A stretch of 64,000 nt of DNA, from assembly GCA_964016885.1 (NCBI GenBank), contig OZ024743.1:118730001-118794000 (forward strand), written 5' to 3'. The stretch's first letter is position 1. Every line of letters begins with the position of its first letter. This DNA is from Eledone cirrhosa (taxonomy: Eukaryota). The notes under the pieces are model-generated. The model was not told where the DNA came from and made no database searches. It worked only from the letters and a program-made list of their open reading frames with translations. Made by a program: the position numbers and the translations under genes. Below are positions 59,987-64,000 of this stretch, piece by piece.

Positions 59987-60095
59987 TATCCGAAAAGCAA
60001 ACGATACTGTAAAGTGAAGATATGTATTAGTTTAATGCTTCACATAGTAGGAAAAGTGCTTTAACCTTTCGGACACTAGTCCTTCATCATAAGAC
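59836..60095. mobile_element. Convergent inverted copies of a degenerate HHR element 3' end
   Basis: 59836-59925 (+) mirrors 59988-60075 (-); gtctt ATGATGA aGGAC tagt GTCC GAAA GGTT; similar to the 41630 motif. Confidence 0.5.
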
Positions 60096-61960
60096 AGAAT
60101 GAGAAACAAGAAATAAAATAGAGAGATTGTTGAGATTACTTTACTCTGAGTTTCGCAGATCATGCAACTGAATATGATTTTACAAGACAATTTATATGGC
60201 ATATATTAAAGGAGTGGTCATTGCAATAACAAGATGGTTTTGGCAGTCTTAGTAGGGGAATGATTTATATTTAAGCAGGGCCCTTCTAATTTTTATCCGC
60301 ATACACACACATCTACACGCAGACATACACACACATACTCACACATGCACATGCATACATGTGTGCATATATATAGGTATTAATCACATATATGTATGTA
60401 GGAATTAAGTGTTCAATCTACTGCTCGGGACATTTTATATGTCACTTGTGCATTTGCAGGAAGGTATGACCTACTTTTTCCTTCTCCTAGCATATAAGAA
60501 GTGAGCATGTTAGTGAAAATCACGTAAATTATACACAACTTCAGCTAATATGAGAAAATTGTATCTATACTATGAAGGTTCAACGAGAGATCCATTGTGG
60601 TATCACTAGTTCTGCTCGGAATAAAATAGATAGATGGACACATAGTAAATCATGTAGACATGGCTGAAATTTCTTTGAATATAAGTCTGCACGATCTGGA
60701 TCAAAACAAACACAACACTGACGACATAGTCTATCTAAATAGGAATTGGTTATTTCAAATATTATCAGATGTATCTTTGTAACAATTGTATAATCTCCCA
60801 CCCCTCTCTCCTTCTCGTTCACACTCTGTGGAAAATGAGCGTGAGAGATCGAAAAGGATATAGTGGTATTTTGCTTGCTAGAAATAGTAGCTCTATTACT
60901 TTTTTACGGTTCTAAAGCTAGAAGGGAAGCATTAAATAATGTAGTTCTACGAAACCATAAAAAACGCAAGATGCCCGCGGCTGAAATGCCTTTACGATTT
61001 CTCCACCAGGTTTGATCTAAAGCTATTCAACATGTCAATGAGTTAACCTTTACCGGCAGTTTCACCTGCAATAAATAATAGTAAAATCTCTCCCAATATT
61101 CACCCTAATGTCGTAATCAGTGGAAAGACTCATTAGTTAATGTAGTTCTATACAAATCTTAAAACTGTTAGATTGCCTTTTTTCATAGATCTACGTTTGG
61201 GTTAAACAAGCACACGCGAAATGATAGTACTTCTATATAGACACACGAATTGCTAGAAATAACCGTGATATTTTCATCAAATTACACTCTCCTCTCTATA
61301 GAAAGGAAAGGGTACATTTTGAGTGAATTAGACCCCTTCTTTTTATAATGGCTTAGTCAGATGAGAATGACAGAACCACCATGACAGTCAGGAATAAAGA
61401 AGTAACTTGTCCAGATTGAAATGTTTGAATAAAAGTGGACTCTCCTAAAACTCAACCGGTAGCGAGTTGGTGGGGTGGTATTTTTATGAGTGAGAGATTA
61501 TGTCTACCGGCATTAAGTAAAAACCCTTTGCTTCATAATGGATGCGATGGTCACAGCGGGGGCGTTGAGCGGTCTAAAAAAACAAAAACATAAACAACTG
61601 ATAATCATTAACTTCTCTTTTGCTTCTATCTATGTTTTACTTCGTATGAAAAAATACAAATATTCCCTTCTATAGATTTGTCTCTGACACCTATAAATAT
61701 ATATTTTACTGTTTCATAAAATAAGATTTATTGCCTTTAAAAGCTTTCTTCTATTGTTTTGTGTTCCCGTCTTACAGTTTTCATATATAACACTTCCCGC
61801 AGATAAGCTGTGGTATTCCTGAAGAGAAGAGCCGAATGATCCACTATTTAAGAATCTCCTTCTCAACTGTCATGCTATCTATCTATATATATATATATCA
61901 TATATGTATGTAAAGAAACATATCTATCATATTCTCTCCTTCTTTCTCTCTCAAAATTTA

Positions 61961-62083
<123 letters not shown>

Positions 62084-62126
62084 ACACATATATATATATA
62101 TATATATAATTCATCTCAATCTTTGC

Positions 62127-62202
<76 letters not shown>

Positions 62203-62649
62203 CTATCTATGCATTTATCTATTTATCTATAATTTTAAAGAATTCTTTTAGAATTTGCAATTTCCTTTCACTATATTTATTGCCAATTTTTGTAGTTTCT
62301 GCTACAATGCGACACTTGAATACGTTTATATCTATTTCTGCTTTCCTTTTCCAGTTCATACAAAACGCCTCACAACAATAGCAAAAACAGCAGCAATAGA
62401 CAAAATAACTACAACGACAACAAACACAACAACAACGGCATCAACAGCAACAATAATAAAACCGACGTTGCCTACATCATCGTCATTAGAATGAAATTAT
62501 ATTCACTCTTCACAATTCGATTCTTTATATAATTGTTTTTGCTACGTTTTTATTAACAATATTTTAACGTTATAATCAACATCCCTTCGCCTCTTGCATT
62601 ATTTCAACCATTTCCATCTATGTTATTTCTTTTTGTTATTAAGGGTTTA

Positions 62650-62700
<51 letters not shown>

Positions 62701-62717
62701 AATATATATATATACAA

Positions 62718-62748
<31 letters not shown>

Positions 62749-62798
62749 TTTAAATATATATATATATATATATACAAATATATATATAGACACAAATA

Positions 62799-62849
<51 letters not shown>

Positions 62850-62851
<2 letters not shown>

Positions 62852-63420
62852 AAAAGAAATCAAAGAACGCTTACATACTCAAACAGTTTTTATTTGCTGA
62901 AAATGTTTCATCCATACCGTTGGGCAGGAATCATCAGAGCTTAATAAACAAAAAACACAGAGCTGAGGATAAGCTCTACCAAGCTTAGTCACACAAACAA
63001 TTGGAATACAGTAGAGGGTAAAAATAGGGAGATCGGAGATGGCGAATAAGGAGAGAGTACATGTTTGGGTTGTTATTAGGCACTACAGCTAAATGCTAGG
63101 GTACAGGCAAATTTTTTCACAAGATACAGATGCAAGTGATGGCACACAAAAGCAAAAAGTATAAACAATGGTTAAAACATATAATAAAAAAGTAAAAGGA
63201 AGATAATATAAAGAGATAAAAAATAAAAAATAAATAAAAAAGATAAAAAATGTTTAAAAGGAATATAGAAAAAAAGAAAAAAAACAGAAAAAAAAGAGAA
63301 AAAGAAAAAAAGAAATAAGAAAAAAGAGAAAATTTCAAGCACTCTTTTACATATAACGGCTCTGTTCTCGTACATTGAGCTTATACAATATTGTCGAAAT
63401 ACGACAAGGTACATGTCTGT
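62850..63420 (-). mobile_element. HHR element
   Basis: 62896-62940 (-): GCT CTGATGA tTCC [hairpin] GGAt GAAA CATTT TC AGC AAATAAA; stem III degenerate. Confidence 0.55.
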
Positions 63421-63470
63421 TTATGCACATACGCTCCGTGCTCTACGTAAATATATATATAGTTTTAATA

Positions 63471-63595
63471 TAGAAGAGTTTCTACAGGACTAGAAATGTT
63501 TCATTCGTGAGAAATCATCAGGGACCACTACTTACTTGGACAGCCAGCTCCCTGATGATTTCTCACGAAACAAACAGTTCTAGTCCTATAGAAGT
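63471..63595. mobile_element. Short foldback with HHR-like cores
   Basis: Inverted arms each with tcc CTGATGA tTTC tcac GAA followed by GAAA (or caaa) CA...CTAGTCCT. Confidence 0.5.
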
Positions 63596-63682
63596 GGGTA
63601 TGTATATAAATATAAAGTTATATATGTATGAATTTATATATATATATATGTGTGAGTGTATATGGGTGTGTGTACACACACA

Positions 63683-63737
<55 letters not shown>

Positions 63738-63768
63738 GTGTATGTATATATATATATATATATACATG

Positions 63769-63886
<118 letters not shown>

Positions 63887-64000
63887 ACGAACAGCGGAGG
63901 ACACGCTTCGCACCTTTCCGACAGACAGCCCCCCCCCCCCCCCTCCACCCCACCCTCACCCCCACCCCCACCCCGGAAAAAACTTCCAGTTGATGGATGT

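Overview
Eukaryotic, very AT-rich and repeat-saturated DNA with no intact host CDS. The long (TA)n/(CA)n/(GA)n tracts, RTE-type LINEs and Deu/Nin-type tRNA SINEs resemble a coleoid cephalopod (octopus-like) genome; that is an inference. Almost all listed ORFs are microsatellite artefacts. Recognisable coding relics are two near-full-length RTE LINEs (19193-22800 minus; 45612-49160 plus), an R4/Dong-like RLE LINE inside a SINE array, a degraded Penelope-like RT/GIY-YIG element (42740-43705 minus), and RTE, Tx1-like and CR1-like fragments. The main hidden structure is that most unique-looking islands between (TA)n tracts are small non-coding elements carrying hammerhead ribozyme (HHR) motifs. 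About a dozen sequence families occur as tandem and/or inverted copies with 3' ends running into (TA)n, like retrozymes or Penelope pLTRs. They include canonical minimal HHRs with palindromic stem III, two families with a U3-A8 core, and a seven-copy family with a CAGAAGA core. Most notably, a motif present in two diverged copies places hammerhead core segments in a non-circularly-permuted, pseudoknotted order with a kink-turn. All folds were read by eye; activity is untested.
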